Assembly: GCF_018350175.1 (NCBI RefSeq) | Contig: NC_058373.1 | Span: 115,632,001 to 115,696,000, forward strand | Origin: Felis catus | Taxonomy: Eukaryota | Reading direction: 5' to 3' | Length of the DNA: 64,000 bases | Part shown: in pieces, positions 1 through 11,831 of the stretch | Position numbering within the stretch: the first letter of the stretch is position 1 | How the letters are laid out: every line of letters begins with the position of its first letter | Program-made: the position numbers and the translations under genes | Notes under the pieces: generated by a model | The model's database searches: none | What the model saw: only the letters and a program-made list of their open reading frames with translations | Told to the model about the DNA's origin: nothing

Positions 1-200
1 CTTGCATACATCACCCAGTGCTCATGACAAGAGCACTCCTTCATCTCTATCCCCTATTCCCGCCCCCCCCCCCCCGCCCACCTCCCCTCTGGCGGCCATC
101 AGTTTGGGCTCTATAGTTAGGAGTCTGTTTCTTGGTTTGTGTCTCTCTTTCTCTTTTTTTCCCTTTGCTCGTTTGTTTTGTCTCTTAAAGCTCCACATAC
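1..200 (-). mobile_element. L1 3' UTR fragment (carnivore L1)
   Basis: Resembles the antisense 3' end of carnivore L1 (cacccagtgctcat...catcagtttg...agtctgtttcttggtttg...ttccctttgctcgtttgttttg...ccacata). Confidence 0.65.
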
Positions 201-938
201 GCAACTCCTTCAACACGCTTCAAATCCTGCCAGACTGGGAACTCCCTGAGGACAGGGATTGGGTCTCTTCTCACTGTGTCAACTCACAGTGTGAGCTCAC
301 CAATGTCTGCTGGCTGTACCCTGAGAGCTGGACACCGGCCTCCTGCTTCCACTCTCCTGTTGCTTCCAGCCTCACTGATTGAGCCTCTCATAGGCTCTTG
401 GGGGGCTGCGGCGGAGCCCCTCCTGCTCTCTTTGATCATCCCTCCCTCTAACTCTTGGTCCTAAACGCCCTCAGACACCTGAGGCTGATAGGCACAGCCT
501 CAGAGGAGGCACCCCCGGATCTGAACACGTGGTCCTGTGCCAGCCTTGCCCTGTTCCCCAGGCAGCAGGCCAAAGCATCATCTGTTGGTAGCTCCTGATG
601 GTGCAGTGGCACAAATAAGAATCCTCTGTGCACCGGCCTGGGCACGGGTGGGGCTGAGCCAGCAGTCAAGGGTGACGAGTCCAGACTTCTGAGTTGGGCG
701 TTAAGGAGTTTATTTGGCCCTGGCCAACTTCTCTGAGCCCAGCTGCCCCTGAATTAAAAGGAAAGCAGCCAACTCTTGCTGTTAAGGAAGAGATGGGGGG
801 ATGCGCCCTTAGACTCTTCCATAGGAGGAGAAGAAAGCCCGCTTTCAGCTTCATCACCTTATTCTGATGCTAAAATGTGGGACATAGTAGAAAGAATATG
901 TGATTTAGAAACAGAAGATCTAGGTTTTTAAAAAAAAA

Positions 939-1154
939 TTGCTTTAATGTTTATTTTTGAGAGAGAGAGAGAGACTGAGACAGAGCACTAGCAGAGAAGG
1001 GGCAGAGAGAGAGGGGGAGACAAAGGATCCGAAGCAGGCTCCAGGCTCCGAGCTGTCAACACAGAGCCCAGCGTAGGGCTTGAACTCACGAACCATGAGA
1101 TCGTGGCCTGAGCTGAAGCTGGACGCTTAACCGACTGAGCCACCCCGGTGCCCC
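939..1154 (-). mobile_element. CanSINE (SINEC) inserted in a MIR remnant
   Basis: Reverse complement of the GGGGC..GGGTGGCTCAGTCGGTTAAGCG head, (CT)n linker and A-rich tail. Confidence 0.9.
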
Positions 1155-3682
1155 GAGATGATGTAGGTTTTGATATGTCCTTAAATCCCTGTGTTCTAGG
1201 GCAAATTACTTCATGTTTCTTAGGACTCTGTTACCTAATCTGAAGAAAGTGATAACGTTAACCCTAAAGTATTACAAAATCCTTATTTTTTTTTTATATT
1301 TTCAAATAAATATTCCAAGTTGTATTGTGTAGGAAAAATAATAACAATAGTAGTCTTTTCCCCGCAGGTCTGAACGGTAAAGCCTCAGTAACCAATACTA
1401 TGCCTTATAGTCTGATATATTCTGATATATTTCTAGTACCTTGATCTTCCCATGAGGTCACCTGCATCAAAATAACTTTAAACAATTAGTGCCTAATATT
1501 TTTAGAGCATTTCACATCAGACAGTTACTTTGAAAGTCAGCCCTTGGCTATGTTCATTCTACTCACTCCCTGACCCCCAAACTAGAAAGTGTATTTTCTA
1601 CCAGCAGTCCACATGGGTTCATTAAAATGCCATTTCTCTTTGCTTTGGCTACAATCAAATTCACTCATTGTAGTAACGTGAGTTATCTTTTGCTATGTTT
1701 TAGGGGGGAAAAAAATGAAAATCTAATTAATTCTCAGTGAATCTTCTAAAACACGGGTTCTATGAGGAAGGACAGATCATTAAAATGGCCTGTGATGGGG
1801 AGCTGGCAGGGAACCACTGGTCTAGCTGATGAAACCCACTAGCTTAGCAGGGGTTCTGAAAGATCATGGTCTGACAAGTAAATTACCTGCTCCATGTGTC
1901 CAATGGGCATTTGTGGATCTATCCAGGGAACAGGACAAAGTTCTGCGTTGTGTAGGATGAAGAAGAGAGCGGTTCCTTGGGACTGGCCCCCTATCAGAGG
2001 CAGTGGCAACTTCACACTAATGCAACTCACTGAAACGGAGACTCTCGAGCTTCTTCATCCCGTGAAGTCCCCTCCATTTCTCCACCCAGGACTAGCGGTG
2101 GTAGATATTTGGCCTTCCCTTCTCATAGCCACAGGTGGGTCCGGCCACAGCCTCAAAACTCCTTTCCAAGATGGCTCCCCGGACAGTCACTACGAACTGA
2201 CTGCAGCTGCCACAAAAGGACTCCTATCTTACACCCCAGCCCGGTGCCCAGGAACACAGGCAGCTGACAGAGTCAAACACCGTGTCACCTGGAGATGGGA
2301 GGGAATACTCTGGCTTCCGGGGAGTTCCTGGAAACGCATCCAGTTACAGCTCCAGACACAAAGAGGGGGCGCCTGCTGGCTCCGGCTAAGTCCAGCTGAC
2401 CAGCTGTCGGGCAGGGGAGGGGTGGCAAAGGAAAGGCTGTCACTCTGTCCCTGGCGGGCACGGGAGGTAGGAAAGCTTTCTGTCTTGGTCTGGAACACAA
2501 GCCAGTCTGGAAACCCAAACCCAGGAAGAGGCTTTGAAAGTGACTCAGTACCCAAATAACACACTCGAAAATGACAGCAGCTCATCTGCTGACGCTAGTC
2601 TCCTGGAGAGGACAGACCAGAAGAGGATGGGGGGGGGGGAGGGGGGGATGACCCTGGTAGCCTTGAGATTTGTGCCACTGAACATCACCCACTAGGAATG
2701 CTTTCTGTTGATCCGAGCAGAGGCCAATTTACTCTTGGCTACTGAGGCTGCGGTCAATGTGAATTTGATCCGGCTGGGGCCTCCAGAGGCGGCTATTTCT
2801 CCCATTCTCCAGCCTACCGCCCCAGCCCAGACCACGGTAAAATCAGCGTTCTCTCTGAGGCACGGCAAACCTCGTTACGTGCCAGTTTTGAGGTGACAGA
2901 TGATTGACACACCTGGGACGTTTTTTGAAGTGACACTGCCCCCACTCAGAGACACAGCTGCTTGGGTAGCTTACCGTGGAATCCGCACGGTAACTTCGTT
3001 TTTCCACTCCGCCGTCTGGTTGTGGCGGATTAACTGCTGGGGCGAGGAGAGCTTGGCTTGACTCAGGGCAACCGAGACAGATCTGGCCAGTGGCCTCTGA
3101 CATGGCCAAGCTGGCAAAGTATGGACCCGTTCGATTCCCTCTCTTGAGAATCTGAGGTAGAAGGTCTTTCCAGATAGGAGCCGAGAACCACACGGAGAGA
3201 GGAGCCATGAAGCAGGACGGCTGGTCTGTGAGTTATCACAGCAAGCTAGGAAGCGGCTCGGGAGAAGGCCACAGAGAGAAGCGGAGATGCCTGGAGACAG
3301 AGACCACGTGGTCCAGAGGGGAGAGCATCAGAAAGAGAAGGTAGCCCCCCAGGGCTCCCCTGCCTGCCTGACAGCTTTCTGCTACCAGTTCTAGTCTAGG
3401 CTGATCCTTACAGTTCAACCCTACTGTCTCAACATACAGTCAAGGCAAAGACTTTGTGGGTAAGGGAAAAAGAGCACCACAGTGAGTGGTTTGCTAGCTG
3501 GGGGATATCAGTCTTCTGGGTATTATCGTGAAGCCCGTTCTCTCTGTCCAAATGACAGGCTTTGGTAAGGGATACCTACAGTTCATTCTTGATCACTCGA
3601 AGAAATCGCAGATCAGACGGTAGACACGAGGCAATCCAAGTACAGACGCCAGCAGTGTGAGGGATAAGAATAAAGAAGAAGT

Positions 3683-3911
3683 GGGGCGCCTGGGTGGCGC
3701 AGCCGGTTAAGCGTCCGACGTCAGCCAGGTCACGATCTCGCAGTCCGGGAGTTCGAGCCCCGCGTCGGGCTCTGGGCTGATGGCTCGGAGCCTGGAGCCT
3801 GTTTCCGATTCTGTGTCTCCCTCTCTCTCTGCCCCTCCCCCGTTCATGCTCTGTCTCTCTCTGTCCCAAAAATAAATAAACGTTGAAAAAAAAAATTAAA
3901 AAAAAAAAAAA
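3683..3911 (+). mobile_element. Young felid CanSINE (SINEC_Fc type)
   Basis: GGGGCGCCTGGGTGGCGCAG...GTTCGAGCCCCGCG...(CT)n...AATAAA...poly-A; CpGs intact. Confidence 0.95.
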
Positions 3912-4294
3912 GAGAGATGATGCACCACAGGGCGTGTAGAAGAGACGGCGAGCATTAACAACAAAGTATTCCAACAGGAAGTAAGGTGTGAGCAGGGGAA
4001 TAAGGCAAACACGTGAAGATTTGCAGCCAGGGCCGTGAGCCCTAGCTACGGTGGCGGAGCACATCCTAGATGACCACAGCTCAGACAGAGAGGGTCCGGC
4101 GACAGTGGGGTTCACAAGGAGAAACCGTGTGGGATTCACAAGGACAACATCTAAAGGTAGACAGATCAAGGCCAATGGCTCTGGAGAGAGATGGACGACG
4201 AGGGAAAAGCAGCAGTATTAGTCATCCGTAATCCATAATTCGTTCTGCACTCACATTCTGAGTTTGAGTTATTATCAAGATGTCACTCATTTTG

Positions 4295-4525
4295 GGGGCA
4301 CCTGGGTGGCCCCAGTCGGTTAAGCGGCCGACTTCGGCTCAGGTCATGATCTCGCGGTCCGTGAGTTCGAGCCCCACGTCGGGCCCTGTGCTGACAGCTC
4401 AGAGCCTGGAGCCTGTTTCCGATTCTGTGTCTCCCTCTCTCTGACCCTCCCCTGTTCATGCTCTGTCTCTTCCTGTCTCAAAAGTAAATAAAAAACGTTA
4501 AAAAAAAATTAAAAAAAAAAAAAAA
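4295..4525 (+). mobile_element. CanSINE
   Basis: Typical head and tail; TSD AAGATGTCACTC(A/G)TTTTG on both sides. Confidence 0.95.
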
Positions 4526-4604
4526 GATGTCACTCGTTTTGAAAGCACCAACTAAAGGACCCAAGACAGGGCATGGTCTATGTCATAAAGAACTGGTTCA
4601 TGAT

Positions 4605-4843
4605 GGGGCGCCTGGGTGGCGCAGTCGGTTAAGCGTCCGACTTCAGCCAGGTCACGATCTCACGGTCCGTGAGTTTGAGCCCCGCGTCAGGCTCTGGGCT
4701 GATGGCTCGGAGCCTGGAGCCTGTTTCCGATTCTGTGTCTCCCTCTCTCTCTGCCCCTCCCCCGTTCATGCTCTGTCTCTCTCTGTCCCAAAAATAAATA
4801 AATGTTGAAAAAAAAAAATTAAAAAAAAAAAAAAAAAAAAAAA
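4605..4843 (+). mobile_element. Young felid CanSINE
   Basis: Perfect TSD AAAGAACTGGTTCATGA and a long poly-A tail. Confidence 0.95.
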
Positions 4844-5374
4844 GAACTGGTTCATGAGCCTCCCCACCAAGTGGTGACCGGCTTGGGCTCAGGCTCAGGT
4901 TAAGGAGGCTGCGCCCATTCATGCTGACTGTTAGCTAGAGGGGCCCAGGAGGGTGCACATCCGTAGCTGAAGTCAAATGTATACACGTACCTCATGGTGA
5001 CTCCATTTTCAGAAAAACAAATTTCTCCATAATGAGTAAGTTCCTCCTTCAACTTTACCTTCTTCTCTGTGTATACAGGTAATTTCCTACTTGGGTACCT
5101 GGTAGGTGGTAGGGATGGGAATATAATTCCTATGAATGATAACTACCATGCCACCTGAGAATGTTTACCTAGTGCTTTCCTTTGTGGTCATTTAGTAAAA
5201 CTCTCAAAGCATTTGATTCCTGCAAAATGTTTCTGGACTGTGAAGAATTTAAATATGAGGACTTTGCTCTATTTGCAGATCAAGGAGTTCTCTCTTTCCA
5301 ACTGTCAATTATATACGACTGGCTCTAGGCCAGGGCTTCCTATTGCTTCTAGAAGTGAAGCTTAGTTTCTCTTT

Positions 5375-5598
5375 TATTTTATTTATTTATTAAGTTTATT
5401 TATTTACTTGAGAGAGAGAGAGAGAGAGGGAGGGAGAAAGAGCAAGTGGAAGAGGAGCAGAGAGAGGGAGAGAGAGAATTCCAAGCAGGCTCTGAGCTGT
5501 CAGCACAGAGCCCAACACAGGGCTCGAACTCACGAACCATGAGACCATGACCTAAGCTGAAGTCGGACGCTTAATAGACTGAACCACACAGGCGTACC
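5375..5598 (-). mobile_element. CanSINE
   Basis: Antisense SINEC body (gcaggctctgagctgtcagcacagagccc...gaagtcggacgcttaa). Confidence 0.9.
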
Positions 5599-6224
5599 TA
5601 CTTTCTCTCTTAAAAAACAAGAAAACAATAATACATCTGGGAAGGCGATGAAAGGCTGGACAGTTAGAAAGTCCTGCCCACTCACCCACCTTGCTTTGTC
5701 CCTTTCTATCTTTCTTGTGAATGAACAAGGAAACTTTGACCTTAAGAACCAGAAAAGCCAAAACAAAATAAACAAGGCTGATGGCAGGACCTTCACTGGT
5801 ATTCCTTTATTAATACTGCCCAGAGCCCAACTAGCTCCTCTCTAAGAAAGGAAGCCTTCTTTGAGGAGAAGTCTATTTCATTTCCTGACTGGCCAGTCAT
5901 GTGATCCTCTCGAATCACAATATTCCTTTCCCCTCAAACCAACCTAATGTATCCTCAACCCCGCAGCACTGAGCTGTCTCATACCAGAGGGCAATCCCAT
6001 GTGAGCAGAGCAGGGGTGGCCACACAGGACGCTCTGCTACATAGGGTCTCTGACCCAGTGAGGTGCAGGGAATGCTGACCAATCCAAGGTTGCCAGGAGA
6101 CCCTGCACCTGAGTCCCCAAAACAATTAACCAGGAAAACTCTGGACTTCCAGAGATTTTTATAAACATGTAAAGTTTAAGTAGACTTTGGGTGCTTTGTG
6201 GATCCTGGAGTTGGGATACGTCCT

Positions 6225-6420
6225 TCTTTTTTTTTTTTTTTTAATTAATTTATTTATTTTGAGATAGTGCACAAGCGGGGGAGAGGTCGGGGGGGGGGGG
6301 GGTGGAGGAAGAGAATCCCAAGCAGGCTCCAAGCTGTGAGCGAACCCATGCACCGTGAAATCATGACCTGAGCCAAAACTGAGAGTCAGATGCTCGATGA
6401 CTGAGCCACCCAGGCACACC
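6225..6420 (-). mobile_element. CanSINE (older or internally deleted)
   Basis: Poly-T followed by gagaatcccaagcaggctcc...tcatgacctgagcc...ctgagccacccaggcac. Confidence 0.85.
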
Positions 6421-8944
6421 GGAATATGCCCTTCTTTGACATCATCTTTGACAGTTTCAGTAATTAAGATGAAACAATATATATCAGGGCCTTTCTGGGC
6501 ACAACATCCAAAGCTTCTGCGAAGAAAGCCACATAGCCACATAACCTATAATCGTTCCTTTGGACCCAGAAGGAAAAGAGCTGTAGTTGAACAACCCTAT
6601 TTGAAATGTCCATTGTACTGTTAAGAACCCCATTCAACTACTGGCTTAGATACGGATTCCCTTCTCCAGGACTACTTGGAGCCAAGTACATAGCTCCGCT
6701 GTGAGTTCCACAAAGCCACGGGTCCTGGTGACCGACTGTTTCCCTAAAGCTGGAGAGAGATCTCCTTACTGGAAGTCCGGCACTGAAGGCAGAAGAAAAG
6801 AGAGGGGAAGGGATGTCACCTGATCCCACCCTCACAAAGTTTGCAGCTTGTGACTTTTCTCAAGCACAGGAAGGGCATTCTCCGGGCAAATAATCTCCCT
6901 TGCTGGCACGGGAAGAGTCTATGCTAACACCAAAGAACAAGGAAAAAGCCTAGTATGTTTTAGTTAAAGTGTAGGAGGGGCGGACTGTGTCCTGGAGCAG
7001 TCCAGAGTTTGATGGAAAGATTCCCTGAGGTTGAAACTTTATAGAGAAAGCACCTCTGGAAGGGAATGGCCTGCATCATTTTGAAAGAAAAAAAAAAGTC
7101 ATTATTTCATGGAACAAGGTCTTGTCTGCAATTTACCAGCATTGCCTAAAAGATGTCCCAGCTATGCTTGTCACCTTTTCTCAGTAAATCACTAAGATGG
7201 TTTTTCCCCCGCCGTTGGGCCCAATAGTTTTCTTCCTGAACAGTCTCAAGGTGAACCAAGAGATTAAAAATAGCCCATAATACGTTATTATTCCCAGTTA
7301 AGATATTAGTCACATAATACTGTTGGATTTGTACTTCCCAGAGCACCTTTCACCCAAGAATTTCTATACACTTTCCAAAGTTAACATTGTTCTGATGGAT
7401 AAAAACAAGAAAGTCCAAACTGGGAGGGAGAGACATTAAATCAGTAGTGTCTACAACGTCCTTGCCAACTCTTAACTTTCTATCCTATCTAGCTGTGTGA
7501 TATTAGACAAGTCACTTCCCCTCTCCGAATCTCAGCTTCATAATTTGTAAGTGGGAGGTCAGGTGCTTTCTGGCTTTTACATTCTAATTTTGTTGGAAAC
7601 TACGTGGCACAGCTAATACTCCATTCTTCTTTGAAGGAGGCCTATGCCATTTAATTACAGGAGGTCTTGACATTTGCCTGTCTGACGTCAGGGACTCTGA
7701 CTATTCTCAGAGACCCCAAAGGTCTATGAGCTGCAGTATTCTATTATTTTGCAGAAGCGTGCTGTGAGCCTGGGATACAGGTGCAGGCACACTGTTTAGT
7801 GAGTGAGATTAATGTGCCAGCAGCACGCATATATATCTCCACGAGGTTTTGTTATTGTCTGCAGTAGGCTCAAAGGCCATAATTCTAAGGATGTGCTTTA
7901 GGGGTAGCCACAAAGGTGGGGATTCTTCTAGATCATGAAGATGTCAATCGGATCCCTCGCAACTGTCGAGAGTTTATTGTGAGGTGGGTTTAAGGTCGTC
8001 ACGTACCCACCCCCCCGCTTCATCTGCTTCACTACTACATCCTTGGTGAAGGCTGCTTTCGAAACTTGAGTGGTGTCACACACACGGCAAAGAGCTTTCA
8101 ATTCTCTTTTACTGAGCTTATCTCAACCACAGCACTTCTCCCATGTGTTTTGATTTGTCTATATGCCTAGTACCCTCTTCACCGGAGAAGATTCTTGAGA
8201 GCTGAAATGCCAGCTTGTCCTACTCACTTATTTATCTCCAGTACCTTGTAATGTATCTAGCATGTGGCAGACATTTAATAAATGTTTGTTGAATGACCGA
8301 GCACCTTTTCTGAGCAGGCACCGTGCTGCAGGTGCATCTTCTGCGTATTTGTATATCGTACTTATCACCCCCCTGCAGGATAGATACTACAATTCCTGTC
8401 ATCCCAACAAAATATCTGGGGCTTGGCCAGGTGAAATGACTTGTTCAAAGCTACACAACTGGTGACGGATTCACTTCTGTTTGTCAGACTTCAAAGTTCA
8501 TGGTTGTCTATCCTACCGTGGTGCTAAGGACATCAATGAAGAAGTAAAGCATAAAATAAAACCACACGAGTGAATTCATCACCCAATAGCATTGATAGGG
8601 CACAGGCCTGGCTTCAACCTGAATAGGTTTTTGGAAGAGTGTAATGAGGGCAAGATCGACGGTGCTCCGGAGCTGGGTAGGCAAAGAAAGCTGCACAGAG
8701 AGGGAAGGATTGGAAGGCGGAACTGCTCCAGGCATCGCACAGCTTCTGTCTAGGTACCCTGAGGGTTTCAATTTCAGTTTCCAGATTGGCATTGCAATTA
8801 GCAAGGTCTCAGGGTAGGAGCTGGGTTCTAGCTAAGTTGGAGTTGCAAGCTGAAACTGGAAAGCAAGCCTTCTTGATTCAATTAAGCAGGTCATCTGAAA
8901 AGCCACTTTGCTTCCTGGGTCTCATGGTTTGGCTAAGAGCTCTA

Positions 8945-9095
8945 ACGCCTTTCAACTCTAAGTTGGGACCAACAGCATCAGGAGCTTATTAGAAACACGG
9001 GATCTCAAACTCTACTCTCGACCTTTTGAATCGTAATCTGCAAGGTTCCTGGGTGGTTCAGAAGCACGTTAAAATCCGAGAAACATTACTCTAGA
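8945..9095. mobile_element. MER5A-like hAT-Charlie MITE
   Basis: ggaccaacagcatca...ttagaaa...tgaatc...aatctg...gcacgttaaaatccgagaaacatt, similar to the recalled MER5A consensus. Confidence 0.55.
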
Positions 9096-9589
9096 AGATA
9101 TTCTAAGGTCCTTTCTGGCTCTAATATTTTGGGAGTTTAGATTAGGAATCTTCACAATAACCAAAAAACTAACATGTTGATTAACTAGGGTTACGTAGAG
9201 ATTCAAGAAGCCCGATCACCTCAACAGCGTCTTCTGAAGAATACTGTTCATTCACTGAGACTGTTATTAATGGCCTCATTTACTGAGCACTTAGCATATA
9301 CAGACAACACTGCATACGGTATTTTGAATCATAACAGCCCTCCAAGAGAAACATTATTATCCCTTTTTTACCAATGAGGAAATAATCTCACAAATTAATA
9401 AAATGTCCCCCAAATACCTGGTTCCATCAGAACTAGAGCCAGAATCTTCACCCAAAGTACATAGAGCCCATGGTTTTTCTGCTACATCATACTGCCACTA
9501 TTTGTAAAATTACAATCTACAGGATCAAGGGTAGGGCTACGATGTGAAGACAGACTAGCAGGTTACAAACTCATCCTTCCGCAAGGAAG

Positions 9590-9860
9590 AAAACCAGAAA
9601 GGTAGCCCAAAGTCTACCAAAGTCTAAAAACTAATGGGGAGGAAGAGACGGCGGTGACAAAGCTTGTTCACGAAATCCTGGAATACCTGGACCAGAATCG
9701 GAAATGTGTGGAGGCTGATATACATGTAGAACCGATAACAGAAGTGATCACTCATGAGGTCCATTTACACCAGGATATTATTCAAGCTGAAAACACAAAA
9801 AGATTTGAGGAAGGGTTAGTCATACTCAGAGATCCAAAGTGCACAACTGATTCTTAATGG
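9590..9860 (+). mobile_element. L3/CR1 3' end remnant
   Basis: caagctgaaaacacaaaaagatttgaggaagggttag resembles the L3 3' terminal region. Confidence 0.45.
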
Positions 9861-11831
9861 GACAAAGAAACCGGGAGCCAAGCCTCTGATCTGTCAAAAA
9901 TTACTCTTCAGTGCCTTTGGTAGATAGGCACTGAACTGGAGAAATCACTAGTCCGTCAAATCATGGCCAACGCTGTGGTCTCGAGATCACCAAGTGCCCG
10001 ACCAAAACCTCTTATATACTGACACCGCCGTAAGCACGTGAAGTTGCGTGGAGTCTGTCTTCCCAGCGAGAGCCTGTCCTTCATTTGTATGTACAAACAC
10101 TCTCTCCAGAGCACATATAAATGGACAGTATTCTCTAGAAGCACAGGTTTTTACTTAGGCTAACGAATGATTATCCCTCCCAGCAAAATGACTAAACAGA
10201 GCTCTAATAAATCAATTTGTCAATGCCTATTTCATTGTGGGAGACGATATCCCCTGTTCCATCTTTGGCTAGTGCAAACAGGACCTAATTTGAGTGCCCG
10301 TGTCTACGGTTCCGAAAATCCTGGGGCTGGCAGGAGCTGCAAAAAGATCCGACCCTGCCTCCAGGCAAGGAAAACGACCATTGTTCTCACTTTGCAGATG
10401 AGACAGTGCAGTTCTAGAGCCGAAACTAAACGTCTCGCCCAAAGTCACATTAGTAGGAAGGAATTGAGGGAGGACAAGAACAGAGTCCCCGGATGGCTGG
10501 TCCGCTATCAGCAGGATCCAACCCCTTTTGAGCCCTGTCGCATGACTGGGCCTGGGAGGAAGCACTTCCGTGACACCTCTCCTTCGGTTCTATGGGCTCC
10601 CTTCTCTGTGCCGTCCTTCCTTCACCTTCTTACAAACTATGTGTTTTCATTTCCCACTCAAGGTGTTTTTAGCAGGGTCTCGGAGCAGTCTGACATCCCC
10701 CTCCCCTTCCTCAATGCCCCTTTTGTCCTTCACGCCTCCTGTTTCTGCTTATTGTTTGTGGACATGAGCAAGAATTCAGAGGCAAGTTTACCCCTTACCA
10801 CCCCCACCTTTTCGGCCACCCTGCAAATCCTGGGGAAAGTCATTCTGTTGCTTCTTCAGAGCTACCCATCTGAGAAAACAGAAACAAAAACGGAATACCC
10901 AGCACCAGAAGGTTCAATGGGGAGAGCCCTTATAGTGATCGAGGTAACAGAAGTGCAATAACCACGGTGTCTGAAGGACTCAGTGGACCTTCACTAACCA
11001 GAGAAGAGTTCCAGGAGCATTCTAAACTACGAAGGGAGACGACCACACTGAGGATGTATTTTCTCTCATAGTTCCTAAGAGGGGCTTCCCTATGTTGTTC
11101 AGTCAGATCTTGGAGCTCACACCTGTGACTAAAGGCAGGCAGCCACTGCCCTGGGAACTCTGCTTCTGCAAGACACCTCCAATACCCAAGCTGTATTGAC
11201 TCATCTCACCTAGACTGGGCCGGCCTCACACCATAAAATAGCCTACGGGCATGTACGGTGATTGCCAAATTTCAACCACCTCAGCAATTTCCAAATTGAA
11301 GGAGAGACGCCTGGAATCTGGCTATACAAGACAACTGCAGTGTGGTCCCGGGTGGGGGGCGGGGGGGAGCCAACGGCACTTGCCTCCCTGAGGATGCCCC
11401 CGACTGAGCTGGCGCCACCTCAGAATGGAAAGGAACAGCCTCGAGGTTCCTACAAGCCTTCGGCATGAGGAGAGGAGGAGGAAGGAGAGACCCCACGGGT
11501 CTCCCAGCTCCTGCTTAGTCACGAGAACTCTCCAAAATCGGACATCAAAACTTCTGTCACCCCACACCTCCACCAGCCATGATTCTGAGTTCCCCTGAGG
11601 AATGTTCTGTGTCCTTAGGTCCTGCCACAGGATTCCCTGCCCAGAAACACTGTAAGGGGAGAAAACCGAAGGAAGGTTTGGAAGTGGAACCAGCCAGGAG
11701 TGCCTGCCGATCCTGCGCACCTGTGCTGGAACCCAAGTCTGACGTTAACGCGCCGCGAGGAAGAGTTTTAACGACAGAGGAGATGACAAGGGATGGAGGG
11801 GGGGCGGAGAGAATATGGAAAGGTTACTTAC

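Noticed and set aside
9654..9857. 67-aa protein-looking ORF (MTKLVHEILEYLDQNRK...)
   Set aside because: GTG start, no splice context, and it overlaps an L3/CR1-like remnant.
1..11800. Further SLC8A3 coding exons (mutually exclusive A/B exons, rest of CBD2)
   Set aside because: No CBD2-continuing peptide was seen in any frame; intron 2 extends beyond the window.
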